A stretch of 64,000 nucleotides of DNA from Thermodesulfobacteriota bacterium (GTDB lineage Bacteria; Desulfobacterota_D; UBA1144; Nemesobacterales; UBA2774): assembly GCA_963422265.1 (NCBI GenBank), contig OY729416.1:640001-704000 (forward strand), given 5' to 3'. The notes under the pieces were generated by a model. That model searched no databases. It was not told the origin of the DNA and saw only the letters and a program-made list of their open reading frames with translations. The translations under genes were made by a program, and so were the position numbers. Below, piece by piece: positions 39,295 to 49,405 of the stretch. Numbering within the stretch: the first letter of the stretch is position 1; every line of letters starts with the position of its first letter.

Positions 39295-39482
39295 GTTGAA
39301 CCGGATGTATCAACCTGAGCCCCGCCAAATTGGCTGTTAATTCTGTTGGCAGGAATTAGTAGTCTGTGGGGCTCATAGCCCTACTAAATATTAAATTATA
39401 TAACGACACCCCGGTTGAAAGCCAAGTTTGAGAAACCGAGTTTTACCCATATGAAAGAACAAAAAGTTCAAGCCCGGTTGGA
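39295..39482 (+). ncRNA. Candidate structured RNA or mobile-element end (unassigned)
   Basis: Roughly 60-nt hairpin at 39316-39375 with several G-U pairs on the + strand, flanked by complementary TCAACC/GGTTGA; extended -10-like TGATACAGT just upstream. Confidence 0.35.
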
Positions 39483-39486
39483 TGTT

Positions 39487-40140
39487 TTACTTTGTGAAAG
39501 TAAAACGATAGATTGGGACGGCTAACGCGGCACCCATAAAAGGGGCAGTTAGATAAACCCACAGTCCGGAAAAGTTGAGCACAACAGCTGCTGGCGCTAA
39601 CGATCGCGCCGGATTAATAGAAGCCCCCGAAATTGGACCAGCGAATAATACAGCAAGTCCTATGACAGCCCCAATGACGCCTCCTGCTATAATACCTTTC
39701 TCCATACTTCCCGTTGAAACGCTCAATATCACAAACATTAAAAATAGTGTCATTACAAATTCCATAACAAACGATTGATACACCGGCTCGCTCGGCACGG
39801 TTAAAGCTAAACTAGCTTGTTCGGGAAAGAGCAACCTTAAAATAAAACTCGCAAGCAGAGCGCCTAAACACTGGCTTATGATGTAAGGAAACACTTGGCT
39901 TCTGGGAAAGCGCCCAGCAAGCCAAAATCCTATTGTCACCGCGGGATTTATATGCGCGCCTGAAACGTCGCCCACAGAATAGACTACAGTCATAACAACG
40001 AGACCAGTAGCAATAGCTATTCCCATATGAGTTAGGACACCGCCTGAAACATTGTTGACTATTACAACGCCAGTAGCTACGAAAACAAGGAAAAAAGTCC
40101 CTATTAACTCCGTTCCAAACAATCTGATATCATCCCACAT
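39487..40140 (-). CDS. MIP-family aquaporin/aquaglyceroporin
   Basis: SGAHINPAVT and GASINPARS (two NPA motifs); AGGAGG SD. Confidence 0.95.
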   Translation of the reverse strand: MWDDIRLFGTELIGTFFLVFVATGVVIVNNVSGGVLTHMGIAIATGLVVMTVVYSVGDVSGAHINPAVTIGFWLAGRFPRSQVFPYIISQCLGALLASFILRLLFPEQASLALTVPSEPVYQSFVMEFVMTLFLMFVILSVSTGSMEKGIIAGGVIGAVIGLAVLFAGPISGASINPARSLAPAAVVLNFSGLWVYLTAPFMGAALAVPIYRFTFTK

Positions 40141-40234
40141 AATGGTTTATAGCCTCCTTTTAACTTCATTCATCTTAATACTAAATTCCCCGCGTTGGAA
40201 TCGCCCCCAACCAAAATGAAACAACTGACTTTGC

Positions 40235-40477
40235 TCACCACAAATATTCAGAATTATACACTTGCATTAATATCACAAGAAGAACCATTGCAACTATAAT
40301 GGTATGAGAGATAAAAGAAATTAACACCGCGATTGAATAGTTTCTTCTGTTTACGTTAGATGAATTGCTAAATGCCCAGTAAAGAAGAGTCACAAAACCC
40401 ACCAGCGGGATTGATTGCACAACCAAAATAGTAATCCAGTTCCTCACTGATAAAGGCTTATTGTTATGCTTACCCAT
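40235..40477 (-). CDS. Small two-TM hypothetical protein
   Basis: LSV.NW.....IP.VG...L.YWAF...N.NR.NY pattern of a widespread small membrane protein family. Confidence 0.7.
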   Translation of the reverse strand: MGKHNNKPLSVRNWITILVVQSIPLVGFVTLLYWAFSNSSNVNRRNYSIAVLISFISHTIIVAMVLLVILMQVYNSEYLW

Positions 40478-40637
40478 TGGCTAGTTAAGTTCTCACGCTC
40501 TTACCTTTTGATATTGGAAAGTATATTAAATCTCAAATTCTGTCAATTCAAAACTAGCGCGCCGAGACCCCACAATTTGCGCTCAGGCTAAGCTATAGTT
40601 TACAATATATTAAAAATAAGCTCGGGAAGATTGGAAA

Positions 40638-41288
40638 TTGGCGAACACATCCTCATTTCTCATACCTTCAGAAACAATCGTAGTAGAACAGGAAATAAGC
40701 AAAAGTCGGTTTATCGCCACTGTTGGACACGTCCAAAACAAGGGGAGCGCTAAAAAGTTTATTACAAACGTTGAGGTAAAGCACAATGGCGCAACGCACA
40801 ATGCTTATGGATTTATAGCAGGTAATCCATCAGGCACCGCAGATATAGGTTGTAGTGACGACGGAGAAATACCCGGAACTGCCGGAAAGCCAATACTAAG
40901 CATCCTTCAACACAAGAGCATAGGAGAAATCGCAGCCGTCGTTACAAGATACTTTGGTGGAATTAAGCTCGGAACGGGTGGACTCGTAAGGGCGTATTCG
41001 GGGACTTTGATTTTAGCTCTAGACAAAATTCATCTGATTGAGCGATTTGACGTTGTGAGGATGAAAATCATCATAGACTATAAGCACGAAAACCCCGTCC
41101 GCCGAGCGATCGAAAGAATGGGCGTATCAATCAAGAACGCAACTTATGCGAACAAGGCATCAATAGCAATAGAAGTCCCTGATAACATAATAGATGAGCT
41201 TGTGAACTCGGTTATGAACGTATCCCAAGGGCGAGCTAGGATGTTATCTACAGATTATGCGGATGGTAAGATAAAAAGAAGGAAATAA
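40638..41288 (+). CDS. yigZ: YigZ/IMPACT-family protein
   Basis: KSRFI, ATHN, SDDGE.PGTAG and RYFGGIKLGTGGLVRAY motifs. Confidence 0.93.
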   Translation: MANTSSFLIPSETIVVEQEISKSRFIATVGHVQNKGSAKKFITNVEVKHNGATHNAYGFIAGNPSGTADIGCSDDGEIPGTAGKPILSILQHKSIGEIAAVVTRYFGGIKLGTGGLVRAYSGTLILALDKIHLIERFDVVRMKIIIDYKHENPVRRAIERMGVSIKNATYANKASIAIEVPDNIIDELVNSVMNVSQGRARMLSTDYADGKIKRRK

Positions 41289-41290
41289 AA

Positions 41291-41656
41291 TTGACTGAAA
41301 TAGATAAGAATAAAGTCATACTGCAATCGGACGACGTTGACTGCTACTATTATTATCTCAATATGATTACTGAGAACGTGCGTAATGGATATAACTACAT
41401 GGTGATAAAGTATTGTGATCTGAGCCTTCCACTTATTCCTAAACTAATTGAGAAAACAAAGAAGCAAGCCAGCGAATTCGACGTGAGTTCTATACCTGCA
41501 ATTGAGCTTGGAGCCAAACTCTGGAGCCATCAGGGAAACAAAGAAAGGGTAAGGGAAATTGAGAAACTTATTGACTCCTACCCAGAACTCGAAAGCTGGC
41601 GCATACACGTTGAACGCGCTTATGAAACGTTATCTAAAACACGCTGCCGCTCTTAA
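41291..41656 (+). CDS. Hypothetical protein
   Basis: 121-aa ORF directly after yigZ with TTG start; no recognisable motif. Confidence 0.55.
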   Translation: MTEIDKNKVILQSDDVDCYYYYLNMITENVRNGYNYMVIKYCDLSLPLIPKLIEKTKKQASEFDVSSIPAIELGAKLWSHQGNKERVREIEKLIDSYPELESWRIHVERAYETLSKTRCRS

Positions 41657-43095
41657 TTATCTACCAGTTTAACGCCGTCTATCCCTTCTGGCACAGGATA
41701 ACCGAGTAGGTTTACTAAAGTAGGATAGACATCAACCGTTCTTACAAGTCCCTCACTAATTTTTGTATTTATTAGTATCGGGACAATCATATGATCCCTA
41801 AAAAGCGCCCCGTGAGATGAATGATGTTCTGGGTTCTCGTGTCTCGCCCTCAGGTCGTATCCCTTAGAAGCGCTTAGTACCAAATCCCCACTTCTTGGCG
41901 CTTCCATGAGTTGCACAATTTGAAGTGGCGCGTCCGGATATTCCGTGTTATAAGTATGCAAAAGCCCCTCATTCATATCCATACTCTCGGGAATACCCTC
42001 GTAACCAAATGGGTCACCGCTAATCTCCTCGTATCGCAGCTTCCCATAGGCGTCAAGCCACGCAGAAGCCTCACCTCTCACGCTTTTAACCCTTGCCCTA
42101 CCACTGTCGTCAATTCCAGCCACTATATCAACCTCAGGTCTCTCAAGCAAATTATCTACCAAACCCGAAAGCTCATCAAAAGTGGACTTCCTTTGCCAAC
42201 CGTCTTGACTCTTTACGTAAATATTCGCCATAGCATTTCCTGAAACCATCGTAGCAGCGTTGGCATTAGTGAAATGTTTGAAAACATTCGGGTAGGAGAA
42301 TGTCTTATAACCTTGAGCATTCATAAACTTAAGGGAATCAAAATGAGAGTGGCTCTGGGTAAGACCATGATCACTCGCAACTACAATTAGCGTTTCCTCA
42401 AGGCGTCCCTCACCTTCTAAATACCTTGATAGAACCCCAACGGCATCGTCTATCTTAATATAGGATTGAATTACCTTACGGTGAAACGGGTGGTTAAAAT
42501 GAGAATAAGTGTCTATTCCTAAGAAAACTACGTACACAAATTCAGACCGATCTTTCAGACATTTAAGTAACAACCTCTGCGCCACGGTGTCAACTTCATC
42601 GCTTTTGTCCGTAAAATGGCCTTTGACCTTATAGTATAACTTAGAGAAAAAAGTTTTATCCTTTCCAAAACTCACTCCCCGAGAGAGCTCGTTGAATATA
42701 CTGAAACTACTAGAAAATATCTCAAACAGACTTTTGTTATCGGTAGTTACGTCACTATTCATAAGATATGACTCTGGACTTATATAACTTCTAAAACGGT
42801 TGATAGAAAAGAGTCGAGGGTACTGCTTACGGTCAAACCATCTTATGCCTGGCAAGTTGCATCGTCCTGGAAACTTGCCTAACAGATAAGGGGCATAAGC
42901 CGGTCCTGTAGTAGAAGGGAAAGTAGAAACCCCTTTCCTATAGTCACCTTTCTCAACGACGTATTTTGAAATATTCGGAAGGTCTCCCCGTTTCAGAAGT
43001 TCTGAGAAGATGTCATCCCTCGCGCCATCAGCCATTATGAATATACAACTCCTAAACCCCGCTTTCACGCCATCCTTCTTTAACCAAGTTACCAT
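41653..43095 (-). CDS. Alkaline phosphatase superfamily / nucleotide pyrophosphatase-phosphodiesterase
   Basis: MADG, FPSTT (Thr nucleophile), DTYSH, SDHG and HG metal ligands; AAGGAG SD. Confidence 0.85.
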   Translation of the reverse strand: MVTWLKKDGVKAGFRSCIFIMADGARDDIFSELLKRGDLPNISKYVVEKGDYRKGVSTFPSTTGPAYAPYLLGKFPGRCNLPGIRWFDRKQYPRLFSINRFRSYISPESYLMNSDVTTDNKSLFEIFSSSFSIFNELSRGVSFGKDKTFFSKLYYKVKGHFTDKSDEVDTVAQRLLLKCLKDRSEFVYVVFLGIDTYSHFNHPFHRKVIQSYIKIDDAVGVLSRYLEGEGRLEETLIVVASDHGLTQSHSHFDSLKFMNAQGYKTFSYPNVFKHFTNANAATMVSGNAMANIYVKSQDGWQRKSTFDELSGLVDNLLERPEVDIVAGIDDSGRARVKSVRGEASAWLDAYGKLRYEEISGDPFGYEGIPESMDMNEGLLHTYNTEYPDAPLQIVQLMEAPRSGDLVLSASKGYDLRARHENPEHHSSHGALFRDHMIVPILINTKISEGLVRTVDVYPTLVNLLGYPVPEGIDGVKLVDN

Positions 43096-43147
43096 TAATA
43101 CTCCTTCGTCAATGAAAACGCTTGCTGCGGGCCGCTCCTCTTAATCT

Positions 43148-45967
43148 CTATCGCTTCAGAAAAGCACCATCGCCTGGAGGTGAGAAAAATATACGGTCGT
43201 ATATGTCTCTCACCTCCGCTGTCTTAGAGAGATATTTTTGCTTTAATTTTGCCCCGTCGTAATCCATACCGAGCACGGGGGCGAGTCTTTCAAAATCTCG
43301 TCCGTAGAGATCGTTAATAGACAGGTTATGCAGAAGTCTAAGTTGATTCTCCATCTTCTTAAAAAAATAGAGCCCGTCTTTTAGAGACTTATATTCATTT
43401 TCCAAAATTAGCCCGGCGCCCTTGAGTGCTGCAAGTGCACCCGCTGTATTTTGAACCCTAATCTCCTTATGTTTTTTCCCATACCTGAGTTGGAGCATCT
43501 GGACAATGAACTCAATGTCAACCAACCCCCCCTTTCCCGTTTTAATGTTGAGCTTTTTAGGGGTCTCCTGGGCAATCTCTTTCTCCATACGCTCGCGCAT
43601 ATGCTTAATCTCTTCATGGAAATTTACGGATATGGGATATTCGTAAACAATGCGTTTTATAAGTCTCTTAAGCTTAGCCCCTAGTCTCATGTCACCTGCG
43701 GCTGGAACAGCTCGAATTAGTGATTGTCTCTCCCAAATTTGAGCGCTCTCCTCATGGTATCTCTTAAAGGAATCGTATGAAGTAACAAGCGCACCTGAAC
43801 GCCCAGATGGCCTGAGCCCTAAGTCTATCTTATATGCGAATCCCTCTCCTGTAGAAATTGAAAGAACGGAAATCAACCTCTGTCCAACCCTTGAAAAAAA
43901 CTCGTGATCCTCTCCCTCATAGATGAACATAACGTCAAGATCAGAGCTATAACTCATCTCTCTCCCACCCATTTTACCCATAGCTAGAACAACCATATTA
44001 AGACTTCTTTTCCGTCCATTAGTAGCCTTAGAAACGTGCTTGAACGCTATATCAAGACCTACCTCTAGGACGGCTTCTGCAACCATAGTCAGATACTTGC
44101 ATACGTATAGGGAATCAACTTCATTGTTCAAATCCCTGAGACAGATTCTAAGCGTCTCCATGTGCTTAAACTTTCTTATGGTATCTAGTTGAGCTTCATA
44201 ATCCTTATCCTTGCTAATTGTATTCCTTAAGCCATTTAACATCTCCTCCTTACTGCCATACCCAGTTCTTACATCCTTTAGAATGATTATGTTTAAGTCT
44301 TCGGGATGACTTATAAGGAAATTGGTCAGGTAGCCAGTAGTTGAAAAGAGCTTAGACAATAGCTCAACAATCTCGGGATTCTCTAAAAGTACGGAGTAAA
44401 TGGAGGTCCGCCAGCCTATACCCGCAACAAAACGCTCTAGGTTAAGGAGGGCCGCATCGGGATCCGCACATTTCAGGATACTACTGAGGAAGGCTGGTAT
44501 CACCCTCCTGTTAGTTAACCTTTCGCTTTGCGTAAGTCCAGCCTTTTTCGGATCGAGAAGCTTAGAGAAAATAGTAATAGCATCTTCAGGATACTTAAAC
44601 CCGAGCTTCCTTAAATTTTCAATCTCTTCCTCCTCACTTACGTTCCCTTCGGTCAGGAAGTCCGCAAGCTGCCAGAACTCCTCTCCAATTTCCTCAGTTT
44701 TTTGAGAAGGTTCATAAAAGAGGCTCCTATAAATTTTTGAAACCTCAGACGTCGTCTTCTCAAAAGCTTCCTCAAATCGAGATTGGCTCTCTAACCCAAC
44801 CCTCTTTGCAAGCTTGTCTATATCGTCAGGAGAATCGGGAACTTTATGCGTTTGCCTCTCATCAACGAGTTGTATAGAATGCTCAACCTTTCTAAGAAAA
44901 AGATAAGAAGAGGTGAGTGATTGAAAGATGTCTTCCTCAATAATTTTATAGTCCCTCAATTTTTCAAGCGTTTCAAGGGTATTCCAACCCCTTATCTCCT
45001 CTATCTCCCCTGCGTTCACAAGCTGAAGAGCCTGCACGAAAAACTCAATCTCCCTTATGCCACCCCTACCCAATTTGACGTCTCGCTTCTTGTAGAGTTT
45101 ATCGAGCTTTGTTTTCATATCCTTCAGGTCTTCTATCAGAGTGAAATCAAGGAACTTTTTATATACAAAGGACTCAACGTCATCTATAAACTCTCTACCC
45201 AACTCCATATCCCCAGCCACTGGCCTTGCTTTGATTAGCGCTGCACGCTCCCAAGTATCACCCCAATAATAGTAGTGATCTACAGCGCCTTTTTTAGGAA
45301 CCGCTATTGTGCTTTTGCCCCCGCCCGGCCTCAGAGCCAAATCCACCCTGTATAAAAAACCATCCTCTGAAACGGCGCTCAGAGTTCTTGTTAGCTTCTC
45401 CGAAAGCTTGAAAAACGGATTAGGGTCAGGGGCACTGCTATCATCATAAATATATATAAGGTCAATATCAGAGCTTAAGTTAAGTTCTCTCCCTCCGAGC
45501 TTGCCCATAGCAAGCACGACAAACCGCGTGTCGCCCTCACAGTTAAGCTCTCGACGATAGTAGCGGAGCGTAGCTTCCAGAATTGCCCCAGCAAGGTCTG
45601 AGAGCTCTTCCATAATTTCAGGAAAAGTCCCCAATTCATCTAAGTCACGATAGATAATCCTTGAAAATTCTCTGTACTTATAGTTCCTTAAGTTAGATTC
45701 AAGCTCAGATTGAGAGGACGAGGAATTACGTATTTCTTCTGCCTCCGTTATGTATTCTGCACAGGATTTTTTTTCTAAAGAAGAAGGTTTTGTTAAATAA
45801 TCAAGAATGTAAGGATACTTCAGTGCCATTCTTCCCAAGAAATTGCTGTGCGAGGCGAGCAGACTGAGAATATCCTTTTTCCTAGAGGATATACTCTTAT
45901 TATAATCCGCTTTATAGCGCTCCAAAATTATGCGGGCGTTTTCTGAATCTGGAAAAGTTCTACTCAA
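43148..45967 (-). CDS. glnE: Glutamine synthetase adenylyltransferase/deadenylyltransferase
   Basis: Two nucleotidyltransferase domains (MGKLGGRELNLSSDIDL and MGKMGGREMSYSSDLD), WER and GGIREIEF/GGLVDIEF motifs. Confidence 0.95.
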   Translation of the reverse strand: MSRTFPDSENARIILERYKADYNKSISSRKKDILSLLASHSNFLGRMALKYPYILDYLTKPSSLEKKSCAEYITEAEEIRNSSSSQSELESNLRNYKYREFSRIIYRDLDELGTFPEIMEELSDLAGAILEATLRYYRRELNCEGDTRFVVLAMGKLGGRELNLSSDIDLIYIYDDSSAPDPNPFFKLSEKLTRTLSAVSEDGFLYRVDLALRPGGGKSTIAVPKKGAVDHYYYWGDTWERAALIKARPVAGDMELGREFIDDVESFVYKKFLDFTLIEDLKDMKTKLDKLYKKRDVKLGRGGIREIEFFVQALQLVNAGEIEEIRGWNTLETLEKLRDYKIIEEDIFQSLTSSYLFLRKVEHSIQLVDERQTHKVPDSPDDIDKLAKRVGLESQSRFEEAFEKTTSEVSKIYRSLFYEPSQKTEEIGEEFWQLADFLTEGNVSEEEEIENLRKLGFKYPEDAITIFSKLLDPKKAGLTQSERLTNRRVIPAFLSSILKCADPDAALLNLERFVAGIGWRTSIYSVLLENPEIVELLSKLFSTTGYLTNFLISHPEDLNIIILKDVRTGYGSKEEMLNGLRNTISKDKDYEAQLDTIRKFKHMETLRICLRDLNNEVDSLYVCKYLTMVAEAVLEVGLDIAFKHVSKATNGRKRSLNMVVLAMGKMGGREMSYSSDLDVMFIYEGEDHEFFSRVGQRLISVLSISTGEGFAYKIDLGLRPSGRSGALVTSYDSFKRYHEESAQIWERQSLIRAVPAAGDMRLGAKLKRLIKRIVYEYPISVNFHEEIKHMRERMEKEIAQETPKKLNIKTGKGGLVDIEFIVQMLQLRYGKKHKEIRVQNTAGALAALKGAGLILENEYKSLKDGLYFFKKMENQLRLLHNLSINDLYGRDFERLAPVLGMDYDGAKLKQKYLSKTAEVRDIYDRIFFSPPGDGAFLKR

Positions 45968-46219
45968 CGTCTATTCCCCTATTTCTTTTACTGCCATTAT
46001 CACTACTCTCTCTTTTATTTCACTCACATTAAGATCAATAAAACCTTACCATAAAGACAATGCTTTATCCGTAAAAGTTCATAATCAGGCGCTGGATCCC
46101 TATTATGATGAGGATAGGAGAAATGCTTGTTCTAGGGCAACCACTGACGTTATTGTATCTGGTGGCACCGCTGGCCAACCCAAGCTCATAGTTGGTTATG
46201 AAGCTCTTCCTTTTTTTTC

Positions 46220-46586
46220 GTAGGAGTAACCCTTCCCCAATCAAGTTGGGGACATGTCTTAATACATACAGGGATGGATGGATGGATGGATGGATTCCTA
46301 CCCCTTCCATCTTTTCGTAGGGGTAACACTTGTGGTTACCCATTGCCTTCACACCTTTGGGCGACTACAAGAGTCGCCCCTACAGGTAAAGAGGAAATCC
46401 ACCCTGACCCTCCTTTACGAAAGGAGGGGAATATCTTTTACTACTCTCTGAACTCGCCTAATTGCAAAGAGCAACCGAGGAATCTAGTCTTTTCCCCCTC
46501 TCCCTTGGTTGATGAGCCTGTCAAACCAGGTAGAGGGCAGGGGTGAGGTCGTTTTTCCATCATTCCCAACTAGATTGGGAATCCAG
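46220..46586. repeat. Cluster of REP/REPIN-like palindromes and a (GGAT)6 tract
   Basis: GTAG...CTAC inverted pair at 46317-46383, hairpins at 46234-46252, 46408-46428, 46494-46537 and 46562-46582, and GGAT x6 at 46272-46295. Confidence 0.8.
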
Positions 46587-46601
46587 AAGGGAGACTAGGG
46601 A

Positions 46602-49106
46602 TCAATTAAAATTATAGGGATCCATGTCTATTGAGACTCTGACGCGTTCAGACCTCTTTGAGGTTAAAGCGAGTATCTTTCTTGACAAGACATGAAGAAC
46701 ATCTGAATTATGAGATTTTAGTAGCATTTGAAAACGGTAGCGGTTTCTGATTTTTCTAATCGGACAAGGGGATGGTCCTAAAACCCGAGCGGTTCCAGAT
46801 GGGAGTTTTGAGATAAGCTCTCGCACTATTTCACCCGTGCTTACGGCGATTTCTGAAGTTTCACTTTCAAATCTTCCTGAAAACCTTACGTTCACAAGCC
46901 TTGAAAATGGAGGGTAATCAAGCTCTCTTCTGAGTTTTATTTCGTTATCTAAAAAACCGATGCTGTCTTGCCTCAACGCATACTTGATACTAGGATGGTC
47001 CGGATCATAAGTCTGGACAATAACATATCCAGGTTCTTCTCCTCTACCAGCTCTTCCCGCTACCTGAGTTACAAGCTGGAAGGTTCTCTCTCCGGAGCGA
47101 AAATCGGACATTCCAAGTGACATATCAGCAGATATGACCCCTACAAGCGTTACTCCAGGAAGATCATGACCTTTTGCAACCATTTGCGTCCCTATAATAA
47201 CATCTATCTCTGCCTTCTGAATCTTATCGTAGAGCTTCAGAAACTTTGTCTTGCCCTGAACAGCATCTCTATCCACCCTTATTACCGAGGCTTTAGGCAC
47301 AAGACGCTTGAGTTCTTTCTCAACCTTTTGCGTTCCTACTCCATAAACCCTGACGCTAGCCCCACAATTTGCACAACCTGCGGTGAGCTTCTCGGAAAGA
47401 CCGCATAGATGACACATACGCATCCCTGACTCCAATCGGGAAACAGAATTTTTCTTAACGTGATACGTGAGTGAAACCGAGCAGTTAGGACACTTCTGCA
47501 CGTCCCCGCAGGCTGGGCAGATAATAAGCGTAGAGAACCCCCTACGATTTAAAAAGAGTATAGTTTGACGTTTATTATTGTAATTATCTTGAATCGCCCG
47601 CTCGAGTTTTGTGGAAAATATATTATCCCTACTCTCCCCCCGCTTAACGTCCACGGGGACGTGCTTCATATCTATGACGCTCACTTGAGGTAAAGACCTG
47701 TTTTCAACCCTCAGAGGAAGCTTGAGATAATGAAACTTGTGCTTGACGGCGTTACAATACGACTCAAGGGAAGGAGTGGCGGAACCGAGAACTACGACGG
47801 ATGAAGTTATTTTCCCTAAAACGAGCGCGAGGTCCCTAGCGTTATAAGCGGGGGATTCATCTTGTTTATAGCTACTATCATGCTCTTCATCCACTACGAT
47901 CATGCCCAGATTCTTAAAGGGGGCGAATATTGCCGATCTTGCACCTATTAATACCTTAACTTCTCCCGTGCTAGCCATTCGCCAAGCGTCAAACCTCTCG
48001 CCGTCTGAAAGGGCACTATGAATTACCGCAACTTGGTTTCCTAATCTACCCTTGGCTCTTCTTACAAGCTGAGGGGTAAGGGAGATTTCAGGAACTAACA
48101 TCACAACCTCTTTACCTTGCTTAATAACCTCTTCCGTTGTGCGGAGATAAACCTCCGTCTTACCGCTACCGGTCACTCCATGAAGGAGAAACGGGGAGTA
48201 CTTACCCGCTTGAACGAACTCTCTTAGCCTACTACAAGCGATTTCTTGATCTACAGTGAGTTCAGGAGGGAAGTCCTTAGGAATCTTCATCTCGGAGAAT
48301 GGATCCCTTGATACTTTCTCAAGTCTGATCTTTATGAGACCCCTTTCCTCAAGCCAGTTGAGATGAATGCCCAAGTTCCCGAATATCTCCTTTAAATCAG
48401 AAAGCGGCATACTTCCATGCGTAAGCACGTATTCCAAAATCTGAGCCTTAGCGGGTTTCCTCTCTAAAAAGCGGCTCTTCAGATTAGCACCATCCCCCGC
48501 AACTATTATCTTTTCCATCTTTACCTTAGGATTGGATTTAAGCTCATAGTTAAACTCAATCAGACTTCTTCGTCTAAGCGAATTAAGTAACTCATTTCCC
48601 TGATGGGACTCAGAGACACGGGTGGCACTTTCAATCAGGGCAAGTAACTTCTTGGAGGTAATGCCTTTCGCGTTATAGACCGTGCGAAGAACCAAAAGCT
48701 CTCGTGCAGATAGCTCCCCATCATCTAACGCCTTGATTCCGTTATCCGTAATCCCGATTAGCCTACGTAGGCGGACGCCAAGCCCCCCTGGGTGCGCCAC
48801 CTTAAGCACTATTCCAAGAGACGACACATAGTAGTTAGCTACCCATTTTAAGAATTCAAGCCTCTTTTGGTCAAACAGAGGCTTCTCGTCAATAACGTCT
48901 AGGATGGAGCGGGGCTTTATATTGGGAGGTGGCTTTTCAAACCCAACGATAAATCCAACGTGCCTACTATTTCTAAAAGGAATAAGGACACGCTTTCCAA
49001 GTTGCACCCCATCCTTTAGATTATCAGGGACTTTGTAAGAATAAAATTCACCCCCATCCCCGACTTTAAGTGGTACAGGAACTGCAACCTGAACAGTTTT
49101 ACACAT
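46602..49106 (-). CDS. priA: Primosomal protein N'
   Basis: GVTGSGKTEVY, VPEISLTPQ, DEEH, GSATPS, Cys-rich zinc region and QVAGRAGR. Confidence 0.97.
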   Translation of the reverse strand: MCKTVQVAVPVPLKVGDGGEFYSYKVPDNLKDGVQLGKRVLIPFRNSRHVGFIVGFEKPPPNIKPRSILDVIDEKPLFDQKRLEFLKWVANYYVSSLGIVLKVAHPGGLGVRLRRLIGITDNGIKALDDGELSARELLVLRTVYNAKGITSKKLLALIESATRVSESHQGNELLNSLRRRSLIEFNYELKSNPKVKMEKIIVAGDGANLKSRFLERKPAKAQILEYVLTHGSMPLSDLKEIFGNLGIHLNWLEERGLIKIRLEKVSRDPFSEMKIPKDFPPELTVDQEIACSRLREFVQAGKYSPFLLHGVTGSGKTEVYLRTTEEVIKQGKEVVMLVPEISLTPQLVRRAKGRLGNQVAVIHSALSDGERFDAWRMASTGEVKVLIGARSAIFAPFKNLGMIVVDEEHDSSYKQDESPAYNARDLALVLGKITSSVVVLGSATPSLESYCNAVKHKFHYLKLPLRVENRSLPQVSVIDMKHVPVDVKRGESRDNIFSTKLERAIQDNYNNKRQTILFLNRRGFSTLIICPACGDVQKCPNCSVSLTYHVKKNSVSRLESGMRMCHLCGLSEKLTAGCANCGASVRVYGVGTQKVEKELKRLVPKASVIRVDRDAVQGKTKFLKLYDKIQKAEIDVIIGTQMVAKGHDLPGVTLVGVISADMSLGMSDFRSGERTFQLVTQVAGRAGRGEEPGYVIVQTYDPDHPSIKYALRQDSIGFLDNEIKLRRELDYPPFSRLVNVRFSGRFESETSEIAVSTGEIVRELISKLPSGTARVLGPSPCPIRKIRNRYRFQMLLKSHNSDVLHVLSRKILALTSKRSERVRVSIDMDPYNFN

Positions 49107-49405
49107 ATTTAGTTGGAGATTCTAATCATTTTAGAAATATGGCGCAATAGACCGCTTCATAGGAACTGAATTTTATTATAGGAGCTGCAAAAATAGATGA
49201 GGTTCGTAGCACTTAGGCAAGTATTTCACAAATACCCCTTCTGCTAGTGTGGAAGAACGACTGCAAAGGGTCGCCCCTTACCTATTCGTAAAACTGGAGA
49301 CCAACCACGTGGATAATTTTATCTCGTCTCAAAGTTGACAACCACCTAATAGGCACATATTATTTGTTGAATTCAGACCATACGCCTGAATGGCGCAAAA
49401 ACTAT

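Noticed and set aside
41653-45967. Functional link between glnE and the downstream phosphodiesterase-like gene
   Set aside because: Co-orientation is the only support, and GlnE already contains its own deadenylylation domain.
45930-46546. ORFs 45930-46223, 46065-46352 and 46274-46546
   Set aside because: They run through the GGAT tract and REP-like palindromes or overlap the glnE start, and have no SD or protein-like motifs.
46220-46586. Possible CRISPR array
   Set aside because: The palindromes differ from one another and are not regularly spaced, and there are no cas genes in the window.
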